A stretch of 64,000 bases of DNA, from the NCBI RefSeq assembly GCF_009914755.1, contig NC_060930.1; one strand, given 5' to 3'. Position 1 is the first letter of the stretch. Every line of letters begins with the position of its first letter. This stretch comes from the human T2T-CHM13v2.0 reference genome, Homo sapiens. The position numbers and the translations under genes were made by a program. Below the pieces are notes generated by a model. That model saw only the letters and a list, made by a program, of their open reading frames with translations, did not search any database and was not told the origin of the DNA. Positions 25,147 through 38,689 of this stretch are shown here, piece after piece.

Positions 25147-27104
25147 AATATTTTCTTTATGTATTCATCCACTAATGACCACTTAGGTTGATTCTATGTC
25201 TTGGCTATTGTGAATGTGCTATAATAAACATGGGAGTACAGATATCTGTTTGACATACTGATTTTACTTTTTTGGACATACACCCAGTATTGGGATTACT
25301 AGATCATATGATAGTACTGTTGTTAATTTTTGAAGAACCTCCATAGAGTTTGCCATATGGATGTACTAATATACCTTACCACCAACAGTATCTAAGTCTT
25401 CCCTCTTCTCTACAATCCCACCAATACTTATTTTCTTTTGTCTTTTTCATAATAGCCATTCTAACTGGATTAAGGTGGTATATCATTGTGGTATTGGTTT
25501 GCATTTCGTTGATGATTAGTGATGTTGAGCATTTTTTCCTATACCTCTAAGCCATTTATATATCATGTTTTGAGAAATGTCTATTTGGGTCTTTTGCCCA
25601 TTTTCAATCTAATTGTTTTCTTGATGTTGAGATGTTTGAGTTCCTTACATATTCTGTATATTAATTCTTTGTCAGGTGTATAGCTTGTAAATATTTTCTC
25701 CCACACTGTAGGTTGTCTCCGTACCCTGCTAATTGTTTCTGTTGCTATGCAAACTCTTTTTAACTTGATGTAGTCCCACTTGTCTAATTTGCTTTTGTTG
25801 CTTGTCGCTTTCAGGCCTTATTTTAAAAATTCTTTCTCAGCTCAATGTTGTGAAGTGTTTCCCCTTTGTTATCGTGTAATAGTTTAATAGTTTTGGGTTT
25901 TACATTTAAGTATTTAACCCATTTTGAGTTAATTTTTGTATATGGTGAGAGGTAGAGGTCTAGTCTTATTTTTCTGCATGTTATATCCAATTTTCATAGC
26001 ACTGTGTATTGAAACAACTATCTTTTCTCCAATTTGTGTTTTTGTACCTTTGTAAAAAATCAGTTGGCTGTAGCTGCATGAATTTATGGTTTTCTATTCT
26101 GTTCCTTTGGCCTATGCATCTATTTTTATGCCACTACCATGCTGTTTTGGTTACTATAGCTTTGTAAAATATTTTGAAATAAGATAGTGAGATGCCTCCA
26201 GATTTGTTCCTTTTGCTCAAGATTGCTTTGGCTATTGGGGGCCTTTTGGATTTCCATATGGATTTTAGAAGATTTTCTATTTCTGTGAAGAATGTCATAG
26301 GTATTTTGACAGGGATACATTCAATCTATAGATCACTTTGGGTAGCATAGACATTTTAACAATATTTTTTTTTCAATTCATAAACAGTTTATCTTTCCAT
26401 TTGTGTGTGTGTCCTCTTCAATTTCTTTCATCAGTGTTTTGTAGTTTTCAGGGGACAGATTTTTTATCTCCTGGTTAAGTTTATTCCTGGGTATCTTTTT
26501 TGTAGCTATTATAGATTTTTAATTTCTTTTTCAGATAGTTTACTATTAACATACAGAAATATTTGTAATTTTGTGTTGATTATATATCCTGGAACTTTAT
26601 TGAATCTGTTTATTAGTTTTAATAGTTATTTGGTATAGTCTTTAAGGTTTTCTGTATGTAGTATCATGTCATCTGCAGACAACAACACCTTGACTTTCTC
26701 CTTTTCTATTTGGATGCCTTTTATTTTTTCCTCTTGCTTAATTGCTCTGGCTAGGACTTCTAGTACTATGTTGAACAGAAGTGGTACAAGGGAGGACCCT
26801 TGTTTTCTTTCTGATTTTAGAGGAAGAACTTTTTAGCCTTTGCCTACTCATATGTTACCTGTGGATTTGTTATTTGTAGCCTTTACAGTGTTGAGGTACA
26901 AACCTTCTATATTTAATTTGTTGAGCGTTTTTATCGTGAAGGATTTTTGAATTTTAATAAATGCTTTTTATGCATCTATTGAAATAAAAATATGGTTTTA
27001 AGCTTTCTTTCTGTTAATGAGTTATATCACATTTATTGATTTGCATTATGTTGAACCATCCTTGCATGCCTTGGATTAATCACACTTAATCGTAGTGAAT
27101 AGAC

Positions 27105-27904
27105 TTTTTTCAGTATTATACTTTAAGTTCTAGGGTACATGTGCACAATGTGCAGGTTTGTTACATATGTATACATGTGCCATGTTGGTGTGCTGCACCC
27201 ATTAATTCGTCATTTACATTAGGTATATCTCCTAATGCTATCCTTCCCCCCTCCCCCCACCCCATGACAGGCCCGGTGTGTGATGTTCCCCTTCCTGTGT
27301 CCAAGTGTTCTCATTGTTCAATTCCCACCTATGAATGAGAACATATGGTGTTTGGTTTTCTGTCCTTGTGATAGTTTGCTCAGAATGATAATTTCCAGCT
27401 TCATCCACATCCCTACAAAGGAAATGAACTAATCCTTTTTTATGGCTGCATAATATTCCATGGTGTATATGTGCCACAATTTCTTAATCCAGTCTATCAT
27501 TGATGGACATTTGGGTTGGTTCCAAGTCTTTGCTATTGTGAATAGTGCCACAATAAACATACGTGTGCATGTGTCTTTATAGCAGCATGATTTATAATCC
27601 TTTGGGTATATACCCAGTAATGGGATGGCTGGGTCAAAAAGTGTCTCTAGTTCTAGATCCTTGAGGAATCACCACACTGTCTTCCACAGTGGTTGAACTA
27701 GTTTACAGTCCCACCAATAGTGTAAAAGTGTTCCTATTTCTCCACATCCTCTCCAGCACCTGTTGTTTCCTGACTTTTTAATGATTGCCGTTCTAACTGG
27801 TGTTAGAATTCTCATTGTGGTTTTGATTTGCATTTCTCTGACGGCCAGTGATGAGTATTTTTTCATGTGTCTGTTGGCTTCATAAATGTCTTCTTTTGAG
27901 AACT
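27105..27904 (-). mobile_element. 5'-truncated L1PA4/5-like LINE-1 nested in the older L1
   Basis: 'ttatactttaagttctagggtacatgtgcacaatgtgcagg' and 'gtgtccaagtgttctc'. ORF2 C-terminus '[23 protein letters not shown]'. Approximate TSD gtgaatagactt (27095) / gtgaataatctt (27905). Confidence 0.93.
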
Positions 27905-30900
27905 GTGAATAATCTTATTGTGCTGTTGAATTTGGTTTGCTAGTATTTCATTGTGAATTTTTGCATCTATGTTCATCAGGGGTATTGGTATGCAATTTTA
28001 TTATTTGTGTGTATCCTGATCTGGTTTTTGTATTAGAGTAATGCTGTATTTATAAAGTGAATTTGGAAGTGTTCCTGCCTCTTTAATTTTCTGAAACAGA
28101 TTGAGAAAAATTGGCAATAGTTCTTCTTCAAATTCATCTGTAAAGCCATCAGGTCCTAGGCTTTTCTCCAATGGAAGATTATTATTACTGATTCAACTTC
28201 CTCACTCATAATTTGTTCAGATTTTCTATTTCTTTATAATTTATTTTTTTCTAGGTTAATAAATCTGTTGCTATGTAGTTGTCTATAATAGTCCTATTTT
28301 TTGTATTTCTGTTGTGTCAGTTGTATGTCTCCTTTTTCATTTCTGATTTTGAGTCTTTTTTCATTTTTTAAAATTTTTATAGATAATGGTTTGTTAGATT
28401 TGTTTTTCTTTCCAAGAAAGCAGCTTTTCACTCATTGATCTTTTGAATTGTTTTTGCAATCTCTATTTTATTTATTTCTTCTCTGGGCCTTATTATTTTA
28501 TTTTCTCCTTATATCAATCTTGGATTTAGTTTATTATTGTTTTTCACTTTCCTTGTCAGATTGTTTATTAGAAATCTTTCTTCTTTTGTGATATAGGAGG
28601 ATATTGCTATTCACTTCCCTCTCACAACTGTTTTTTGTTGTGTCCCTTAGGTTTTGGCATGATGTTTCTATTCTCATTTGACTCAATAAATTTACCTTTT
28701 AATTTCTTCATTGACCCAATGGTTATTTGGGAGCATGTTGTTTAATTTCCATGTATTTGTAAATTTTTGATTTGTTTTTTATTTCTAATTTTATACCATT
28801 ATGGTTAGAATATATACTTTATATGCTCTCTCTCTTAGATTTGTTAAGACTTGTTTTGTATCCTAACATGATCTATTCTGGAAAATGTCCCAAGTGCAGT
28901 TGAGAAGAATGTGATTCTGTAGCTGTAAAATAGAGTGTTCTGTAAATGACTGCTAGGTCTATTTGGTCTATTGGAATTTCTTTATATGTAAATTGAAGTT
29001 TTTCTCTTGATCATTTAAAAATTCTGTTTTGACAGTTTAGGTGTAATGTGCCACACACACAAAAAGACATTTTGGGGTTGAATGGGGAAGCTTTGAGCTT
29101 CCTGAATCTGGATGTGTATATTTCTTCCAAGACTTGGAAAGTTTTCAGCTATTATTTTATTAAATAGTTCTTCTGTGAAGTTCTCCATCTCTTCTCTCTC
29201 TAACATTTCGGTAATGTGAATATTTGCTTGCTTAATGATATCCCATATTCTCTTTTTTATTCTTTTTATTATTTTTACTTCTTATTTCTTTTTTCCCTTT
29301 TTTATTCTTATTTCTTTTTACCCCTTCTGACTGGATCATTTCAAAAGATCTGTCTTCAAGTTCAGGAACTCTTTCTTTTGCTTGATATAGTTTGTTGTTG
29401 AAGTTCTCAATTGTATTTTTAAATTTATCCATTGAACTACTTAGCTCCAAGATTTCAGTTTGGCTCTCTTTTATGATATCTATTTCTTTGTTAAATTTCT
29501 AATCTAGATCATCAATTGTTTTCCTGATTATGTTAGATTATTTGTCTGTGTTCTCTTATAGCTCACTGAATTTCCTTAAGATCATCATTTTGAATTTCTT
29601 TTCTGGCACTTCATACATTTCCTTTCCTTTTGGGTCTGTTACTGGAGAATTACTGTGCCCCTTTGGGGGTGTCATATTTCTTCTTGCTTTTTCATGTTTC
29701 CTGTGTCCTTACATTGGTATCTGCACATGTAATGAAACAGTCACCTTTTTCAATTTTATAAAGCAGTGTTTCATAGGGAGAGACATTTTTCTGTAGATGG
29801 GTCCTAGGGTGTCAGTTGGGTATAGTATATTGGCTTTGGTTCTCAGTGGACTCAGAAGCAAGGTGTTTGTGCAGTTTCTTCAGTTGTAATTTTCATCAGT
29901 GATGTTTCCCACTGCTTTGGTGGCCTAGGCTGTGAAGTTTGTGACAGCAGTGGTGCAGTTTTTCTGGGGATGGTGTCACTGGGCTGGCTATCAGACTAGG
30001 TGCATGTGGGAGTGGAAGGCTGGCCAGCTGTGCTACATGCTGTCCAGGAAGCAAGGCTACCACTATCCTGTCTGTAAGGCCATGTGCACATGGGCATAGC
30101 AGACCAGCAGGATGGTGCAGTGGCTGTATAGGGGGGCAGGGCCACCTGCATACTGGCTATTGGGTTAAGCATGTGCCAGTACAGGTACAGTGGTCTGGCT
30201 GGCTGTGTGGCAGGCTCTCCAGGTGGTAGGACCACTGCTGTACTGGCTATAGAGCCAGATGCAGGCATGCACAAGTGCAGCAGGCCAGCTGGCTCTGTGT
30301 TAGCTTCCTCTGTGAAGTTTGGCTTATTCTCAGGGTAATTGAATGCTGCATGATTTCAAACACTGGGGTCTCAGCTGCTTTGCTGGGCCTACAGTCTAGG
30401 GAGCCAGGGTCATGGTAATGTAGCCACTCATGTGAATATGGTAGAATAATGGCAGAGCCTAAAGGATGGAGACAGGCAGTGGCTACTGACCCCCAGGGCA
30501 GGAAGCACTCTAGTAGTGGGTCTGGAGTCAGGGTGGTGCTGTGCTGTAGCAGCCTAGGACACAGGGGAGTAGTAAACAATGTAGGCTCCTACTTTGCAAT
30601 GTAGTTGTGTGTTCTTCAGGCGACTCTCAAAACTGGATGTGGGGCTTGTAGGAGTATTCTGCAGCAAGGACTGCAGGTGTTTGTGGTGGTAATGGGGACT
30701 GCTACAGGTTTCCAGCTATCTTTTTCCTCGTAAGAAGTTCCTTCTGGGTCTGAACCAATTCTGGTGGGGAAGACAATGTAGCAGATGTAGGTGATTTGCT
30801 CACCTCTCTATGATGCTGTGCTGAGTTTCTGTGCTGCATAAGAATTTCACCACTACCTGGGTGCTCTCCAGCTTACTTCTTCAGTCAATCCACTTGGAAT

Positions 30901-32109
30901 ATAGTAGTTTATTTATTGTTTTGGTGCCTTTTTTTTTGGAGGGACAAGCACCAAGTAATTCCAGCTGGCCATCTTGCTGATGTCACTCCTTCCTATTTAC
31001 TTTCTTAACACCAGAGAGCAGGGTTTGTGATCAAATTTTAGTACTTTAAATTCCCTATGGGTAAGTACTTTTTATACCTTTGGGTTGATAATGAAAATAG
31101 TTGAGCCAGTTGTAAATATTTCCTTTTGGTGAGTGACAATACATTTTTTGCAAAATAAATGACTCTAATTTAAAGAAAATTATCTGCTGGCCTCTTTCTA
31201 TGTTGTTACATTGACTAAAACCCTGTGACTAGATCAACAGTTTCAGATTTAATTAAAATATTAAAATTGCACTCATATGGGTGGCAAACAATGACATGGA
31301 AAGAGATTGAGTCTTTTGCCCAAAGTTACATGGCAGAGGTGGTATCATCATTAATACAATTTATTATCAGGGCAATAAGTGGGTTTGAATTTGCAAGGAT
31401 AAGAAGCTAACCTCAAAACACAACAAAGAAGAATGATTGATGAAATAGATGAGAAGATGACTCACCACCAAAGAATTATGATTGGCACGACTTTTATAAC
31501 TTGCTTCTTATACTTGATCTCAAAGCACTCAATAATGAAATTAAGAAAACATTTAAAATGTTCAGCTTATGAAATTTATTTGCTTTCCTAAGATGGCATG
31601 CCCATTCATGACACTTGGGTTTAATGCACATATTTAATGGTAAGAAATCTAGCTTAGAAAAATAATAAAACAAGGAGCCATCAAAGCCCAAATCCACAGT
31701 CATTTTTAAGACACTGTTAAATGTTGCTTGCATCATTAAAAAAATTTTCATGTGCCTATCACTGAAGAATCATATACCCAATCTTAGGTAAAAATAACTG
31801 CATTTGCCAATAGTTTGCAGTTGAAATAAAAACAAAACTCTTCAGCCAGAGAAACCTTTTAAAATATTTCAATATTTGCCTATATCAATTTCCTGACATA
31901 TATTAACTAATTTATGCCCTCAAGAGGTATTTTTTCAAAGACAGATTGTGCAGGTCCTTTTTCTCAAGCAATTTATAGTTTAGAAAGGCAAATCAGCAAT
32001 ACTTATATATCAAGAAATTTTATTAGGTATTTCTGTTAAAAATATTGCCCCACTTTGTAAACATGTGAGAAAATTATATAAGGTGGGTTTGTTTCAAGAC
32101 TTTTTAAAA

Positions 32110-34340
32110 AAATTTTTTTTGAAGTAAAATATGCATATAAACTTTGCCATCCTTAGTATTTTTAAGTGTACAGTTCAGTGGAAATAAATACATTTATATT
32201 CTTTTTCCCCCCTATATCCCTCCGCCTACCAATCTTAATGAGATCCATTACTTTTTAGCTCTCATATATGAGTGAGAACGTGCAATGTTTGTCTGTCTGT
32301 CCTTGGATTATTCACGTAAGAAAATGGCCTCCTGTTTCATCCTTTTTGCTGCAAATGACAAGATTTCATTCTTTTTTATGGCTGAATAATATTCCATTGT
32401 ATATATATGCCACACTTTATCCATCTATTCATTGATAGATACTTAGGTTGATTTCACATTTTGGCTGTTGTGAATAGTGCTACAACAGACATGAGAGTGC
32501 AGATATTTTTTGACATATTGACTTCTTTTCTTTTGGATATACATCCAGTAGTGAAATTGCTGGATCAAATGCAAGTTCTCTTTTTAGCTTTTTGAGGAAC
32601 CTCCATACTGTTCTTCATAGTGGCTGTACTAACTTACATTCCCACCAACAGTGTATGGAGGTCCACCTTTCTCTGCATCTTCACTAGCAGCAGTTATTGT
32701 TTGTCGTTTTGATACAAGCCATTTTAACTGGGGTGAGATTATACCACATTGTGATTTTGGTTTGCATTTCTCTGATTATTAGTGATGTTGAACTTTTTTT
32801 ATATACATTTGTTAACCATTTATATGTCTTCCTTTGAGAAATGTCTGTTCAGATCTTTTGCCCATTTTTAAATTGTATTATTTATTTCTTTTACTATTGA
32901 GTTGCTTGAGCTCCTCATATATTCTAATTACTAATCCCTTGTCAGATGGATAGTTTGCAAATATTTTCTGTGGGTTATCTATTCACTTTGCTGTTTCCTT
33001 TGCTATGAAGGAGCTTTTTATTTGGACATAATCCTATTTGTCTATTTTTGCTTTAGTTGCCTATGATTTTGAAATTTTACACAAGAAATCTTTGCCCAGA
33101 TCAATGTACTGGAGTGTTTCCCAATGTTTTCTTCTTGTAATTTTATAGTTTCAGGTCTTAGATTCAAGTCTTTAATACATTTTGATTTGATGTTTGTGTA
33201 TGGTGAAAGGTAGGAGTCTAGTTGTATGCTTCTGCATATAGTTACCCAGTTTTCCTAGCATCCTTTATTTAAAAAAACTGTCCTTTTCTGATTGGAAGTT
33301 TTCAGAGTCTTTATCAACAATGAGTTGGTTGTATATGCATGAAACTGCTTTCTGTATTTCATTCCACTTGTCCATGTGTCTGTTTCTATGCCAGTACCAT
33401 AATGTTTTGGTGACTATAGCTTTGTAATATTTTGAAGTAAGTTGGTATGATGCCTCCAGCTTTGTTCTTTTTGCTGAAGATTGCTTTAGCTATTCAGGGT
33501 CTTTTGTAGCTCTATAGATATTTTAGGATTATTTTCTGTTTCTGTGAAGAATATCATTGGTATTTTGATAAGGATTGTATTGAATCTGTAAATTGCTTTG
33601 GGTAATATTGCCATTTTAACAATATTAACTCTTCCAATCCATGAGCGTGGAGTATCTTTCCATTTTTCATGTGTTTCATCTTCTATTTCTTTCATCAGAG
33701 TTTTGTAGTTTTCCTTTATAGATGTTTTACTTCTTTTGTTAGATTGATTCCTAGGTATTTTAATTTTTTGTAGTTATTATAAATGGAATTGCTTTCTTGA
33801 TTTCTTTTTCAGATTGTTCACTGTTGATGCATATAAATTTACTATTTTTTGTATGTTGATTTTGTGTCCTGCAACTTTACTGAATTTATTTATCAGTTTT
33901 AACAATTTTTTTGGTGGAGTATTTAGGTTTTTCTAAATATAAGATCATGTCATCTGTGAATACAGCTAATTTGCTTCTTCCTTTCCATTTTGGCTTCCCT
34001 GTCTTTCTTTCTTTCTTTTTTTTTTTTTTTTTTTTGAGGCAGGGTCTTGCTCTGTCAACCAGGCTGGACTGCAGTGGTGGGATCTCAGTGCAACCTCCGC
34101 CTCCTGGGTTCAAGTGATTCTCCCACCTCTGCCTCCCTATCTGCTGAGACTACAGGCACCCGCCACCACACCTGGCTAATTTTTGTATTTTTTTGTTAGA
34201 GACAGGGTTTCACCATGTTGGCTAGGATGGTCCTGACCTCAAGTGTTTCGGCCTCCCAAAGTGCTGGGATTAAAAGTGTGAGCCACTGCACCCAGCCTGT
34301 ATGCCTTTTATTTCTTTCTCTTGCTTAATTGCTCTGGCCT
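32110..34340 (-). mobile_element. 5'-truncated L1MA-age LINE-1 with nested Alu
   Basis: ORF2 relic '[38 protein letters not shown]' (33486-33695); RT motif region 'VFTDDMILYLEKPK' (~33920-33965). Confidence 0.9.
34003..34297 (-). mobile_element. AluS-type SINE
   Basis: Poly-T, then 'gaggcagggtcttgctctgtcaaccaggctgg...gtgagccactgcacccagcc'; small internal deletions. Confidence 0.93.
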
Positions 34341-34414
34341 TTCTAGATTTTTAAGTGTATATGTAGGCACATCTATTTTTTAAATTATTTTATTATTTCA
34401 TTCCTTTTAAATAA

Positions 34415-34543
34415 TTTATTTTTTTAGAGATGGCATCTCACTCTGTTTCCCAGGCTGGAGCGCACTGGTGTGATCATAGTTCACTGCTGCCTCAAACCCC
34501 TGGGCTTAAAGAATTCTCCTGCCTTAGCCTCCTGAGTAAATAG
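34415..34543 (-). mobile_element. Old Alu monomer or arm fragment (AluJ/FLAM-like)
   Basis: 'tagagatggcatctcactctg...gatcatagttcactgctgcctcaaacccctgggc...cctgagt'; resumes as 'tagctggga' after the insert. Confidence 0.85.
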
Positions 34544-34653
34544 GAAAACCGCTTGAACCTGGGATGGGGAGGTTGCAGTGAGCCGAGATCGTGCCACTGC
34601 ACTCCAGCCTGGGTGACAGAGCAAGACTCCGTCTCAAAAAAAGAAAAAAAAAA
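34544..34653 (+). mobile_element. 5'-truncated AluS right-arm fragment inserted antisense into the older Alu
   Basis: 'cgcttgaacctggga...ggaggttgcagtgagccgagatcgtgccactgcactcc...gactccgtctc' plus A-tail; flanked by aaatag (34538-34543 and 34651-34656). Confidence 0.9.
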
Positions 34654-34684
34654 TAGCTGGGAGGGTTACGTCAAGGGATTACAT

Positions 34685-34900
34685 TCTGGATTTAATCCCT
34701 CTCTGTTACCAAATGCCTGAAAATTTCCTGATAGTTTTTGGGGCCCTATCCTGCCCCCCTTATATCTGCCTGTCTACCTACTCTAACAATAATATCTGCC
34801 TCATAGGGCTGATAAGAGGATTAAATTAGTTAATATACCTAAAGGACCATCAATTGTGGCTGTCACATAGTAGTAAATTAATAAATATCATAATTGTTAA
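34685..34900 (+). mobile_element. MIR SINE relic
   Basis: 'aataatatctgcctcatagggctgataagaggattaaattagttaata...cacatagtag'. Confidence 0.7.
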
Positions 34901-35549
34901 TAGTAGTATCATTTCACCAAAGCAGCAAAGTTACTTTATTGAAGAAAATAAGTTTTAAAGTTAGTTATATAAAAATATTTTAATATTGCACAAGTGAAAC
35001 TGTGAACTCATTGATTCTTTTTATTTCACATTCAACCAGTTATGATAATGGGAAAACATAATCTGAATGTAACATTTTCTTTTTATTTATTACATGACAC
35101 ACTAGCATTTAGCTCATAATTTTTTTTGACATTTTTTACCCATGAGAGTTAGTTTCAGCTCTTCATTCTTGCTTATAGTTTCTTGAATCCAAGTTTGGTA
35201 TTCCTCACTTTTCTTATGAACAGGGAGATTTTTCTGAACAGGGAGATAGCACAATTTCATAGAAAATACATGCATGTTTGAATTGAACTTGATTTTTAAT
35301 TTTTGCATAACATTTTAATTTATGTGTAATGTATGTGTATCTTAGTGGACCAATGATTTAATTGCTCTGAGCCTGAATATCCTTAGGTCTAAATTATAAA
35401 CTATAAAGCATACCTTGCAGGATTATTATGTTACCTATTATATATTTAAAATAATTTGCAAGTTGATGGCACATAATAGATAATCAATGATGGCATAAAG
35501 TTAAACAGAAACATCAGAAAAGAAGCAACATTTCCAACATATAATAAAA

Positions 35550-35770
35550 ATTAGAACAAAAATAAGACTCTTCACCTTTAGTTTTGGAAAAAATTAAATA
35601 TTTTAAAATTATGCAGTATGGCAGAAGGTTGGAAAAAACTGGAACCCTTACAAATTGTTGATGAAAAGATAAAGGGGTCCATTCTATAGAGAACAATTAT
35701 GTAGTGTCTATCAATGTTTAAAAGACACATAGTCTTTGACCCAACAATTCCACATTTACTTAACTTAGGT
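35550..35770 (+). mobile_element. Ancient L1ME ORF2/3' relic
   Basis: 'ggaaaaaactggaacccttacaaattgttgatg...catagtctttgacccaacaattccac'. Confidence 0.6.
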
Positions 35771-36287
35771 AAGAGAAGAAAATAAGTGCAACATGCCAGA
35801 AATCCAGTAAAGCAGTTCAAGTATCAGAAGAGCGTGAATCAAAACCAAGTGCAAGAAGAGGCACCTTGACATTGAACTGAAGGCCACCAGGTACTCACTG
35901 GGTCAATGACTCTTCTCATTTTTATGTAAGTATGAATCATCAGGTGAACTACTTAAAATGCACATTCTTGGACGAATTTCTGCAAAGCTGATGATTCTGG
36001 TCCTCAGAACATACTCGAAGTACCAAGGTTCAGGTACTTCCTGCTAAAGGAGTACTTAAACAAAAGAATAAAGAAATGGACACTTCAGTCCCCATGTCTA
36101 CCCCTCCATGTCAGTGGCCAATAGCACTCAAATTCAGAACACCTTTTCTGATGACCCCATACTGTGTCCAGAATCCAGCCCAACATAATGTCCCATTTTC
36201 CAAGTGTAAATTGCTCAGGTATACTTGCAATATGTTAAAATGCTAAGCCCCTTTCATATTAATTCATGTGGTGGTAGGGGTGATGGT

Positions 36288-36482
36288 GGTGGGGTTTCAA
36301 ACTTAGGCATGCACCAGAATCAGCTGGAAAGCTTGTTTAAATGAAGATTGCTGAGTCCAGTCTGGATGCTGGGTGGAGTTTTAGATTCAGTAAATCTGAG
36401 ATGAAGCTGAGAATTTGTGCTTTCATAAGTTCCCAAGTTATACAGATGCTGCTGGTCAGGGACCACAGTTTGAAAACCACTA
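36288..36482. mobile_element. MER5A hAT-Charlie MITE
   Basis: 'gcaccagaatcagctggaaagcttgtttaaa...gattcagtaaatctg...gatgctgctggtcagggaccacagtttgaaaaccact'. Confidence 0.85.
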
Positions 36483-37579
36483 TCTTAATGCAATTGCTTC
36501 TGTGCAAGAAAACCAAAACCAAAACCCAAACAAAAAAGTTCATGCCAGTACTAAGTGACAAAAACCAAAAAGCTCTAATAAATTCAAAGGAAATATTTTT
36601 CTTCTTTGAATAAATCAAACTGGAAAAGCAGGACTTCTCAATCCTCCCAGAAGAAACAGGAAACAGGATTGGAAAGGCAACTTCAAAGCAAAGGGCACTC
36701 CCTGGAAAATGCCCCACATCCAAGCTGAGAACAGTAGAAGTGTGCAAAAAGAAAAGTCTTAATCACTCTCTGAAACAAGAGCAACATTGACTCATAAGAT
36801 GTGTAAGCATTGTTCTTAAATGTAACACTAGATAAGGATTCATCTTGTGAACCATAGGAGGAGGGAAAATATCTGACAGGTACCCATTTAAAAACATTTC
36901 ATAACCATTCTCTTGATGAGTCTGTTGAGATGAAGTACTCCAGGTTGAGTTGTAATCTTTTACGTAAAACAGGAAGAAAAGAAGTATTCCGTGACATTCT
37001 TACTTTCCTCAAGCATTAAGACTAAAGAAATAATCAAAGAGAAGCAAATGTAGAAATGTAATGTAATTCTTTGGATGGAAATAGTGCCTTTAGGAATAAA
37101 ATTAGGTTTACTTGACAAAGTTTATCCAGGGAATAGTTTGGGGTTGTTAGTGAGCTTGTAAATTGCCACTGTTACTAAGTGACTTTTAGAATACTTATTG
37201 TGAACATCAGTAAGCTTGTGGATGGTTTTTCTTTCTATCCCTGATGTTAATTGAACTAAAAATAAACCAGACATTTATCCAGAATGATTTACCACATCAA
37301 TTATAAATTATGTATTTACAAGATTTCCTCTCAGATTTTTAAATCTTGGATTTTTTAAAGATGAATTAACACCTTACTTTGAGAAAAAAAATTATTTACC
37401 TCTGGAAATTCATGGGCAAGTTAGCCAACAATGATAATGTGTATCCTAACAGGTTTAAAAGATTTCTGGGGGCATAAGTTTGCTCTTTAAAAAGGGAAAG
37501 GAATTACTAGATTTAGAATAACTTTCCCCAAAGCAGAACCTGGAATTCCTCCAACCCCTTTAAGTTCTTTAAGCCTAAT

Positions 37580-38290
37580 AGTTTCTTTTTGTTGTTTCTA
37601 ATTATTAAGTTATTATATAAAATTCAAGACCATTTTACACATAAACAGCTAAAAATGAAATTTCCCCAAAGTCCATTAAGGGGATAGATGTTCCTTCTAG
37701 AATTTGTATGTTGTCTATCATTTAATCTCTCTATAACTGTGTGTGTGTGTGTGAGTGTGTGTGTGTATGCTTATCTGTGTAGTAAATATATTTATATGCT
37801 TTTATTTGCAAATAATTTGTACCTTGCTTTTTTCATGCAGCACTGTGGAGATTTTTCTATGTTTATTCTATATCAAGATGTCTAGACCTATATCATTCAC
37901 TTGATAGTAGTATGGGATTTCAGAATAGAGACACTAGTTCAGTTTAATATTTGTCCCATTGATAACTTTAAGCTGTTACCAGCATTTTTGCTCCTTCAAT
38001 CAATGCTGTAATCAATGTTCTTATAAACACAACTTGGTGTACATATACAACAGCTTCTTAGATGGCATTGCTGAATCAAAGACTACATACTTTCAAAATT
38101 TTGATTGATTATGCCAAATTATCCTCCAAAGAGTTTGTATCAATTTATCATTCTACCAACTGTGAGAATTATATTTTATGCATCATCTCTCATAGTGAAT
38201 GTTATTAAATATTATTTCCCAAATTAATAGGTAAAAAATGACATCTGGTATTCTTTAAGTTTATTATTGTTTATTAGTTAAGTTGAAAGG
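37580..38290 (-). mobile_element. Ancient L1ME relic containing a (TG)n tract at 37738-37767
   Basis: 'ggcattgctgaatcaaagactacatac...gccaaattatcctccaaagagtttgtatcaatttatcattctaccaac'. Confidence 0.65.
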
Positions 38291-38359
38291 TCAGTGGAGA
38301 ATTCATTCTAGTAACAGCAGGAGGAAGAAGGAAATGAGGGCAACAGCAACATTCAAAGA

Positions 38360-38660
38360 ATATTAGATAAGGCAAAAGCTTAGCTGGTGAAATAGAAAGA
38401 CCTCAAAATACAGTGGTCTAAATAATATGTAAGTTTCTCTCTCTCTCTCTTATGAAATGTCTGGCCAGTGTGGGCTGATGGGGCAGCTCTGCTGCAGGTG
38501 ATTATTCAGAAACTCAGGTTTATAGCATTTGCTACCCCTAGGATATGATCCTCTTCTGTATGGTAGAAGCTGGGTTGCTGCATATCTATGCAACCTGTGG
38601 GAAGGGGATACCTAGCTACAAGGGAGGTTGAGATGTGGTTTCTAGCTAGACATTTATGCA
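38360..38660 (-). mobile_element. MLT1J-like MaLR LTR relic
   Basis: 'cctcaaaatacagtggtctaaataatatgtaagtttctctctctc' and 'cctagctacaagggaggttgagatgtgg'. Confidence 0.65.
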
Positions 38661-38689
38661 TTCAAAACCCCAAACACTAGATTTTAGCA

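Larger units (their letters stand above)
24587..30989 (-). mobile_element. L1MA-age LINE-1 with both ends, internally deleted near 28970, containing a nested L1PA
   Basis: 3' end 'aattgacacattgtaattgtacatatttatggggtaca'. ORF2 relics present. ORF1 relics 'LFNKIIAENFPSLGRNIHIQIQEAQ' (29015-29206) and 'KNTIENFNNKLYQAKERVPELEDRSFE' (29232-29450). GC-rich 5'UTR ends 'gccatcttgctgatgtcactcc'. Degenerate TSD at 24569-24586 and 30990-31006. Confidence 0.9.
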
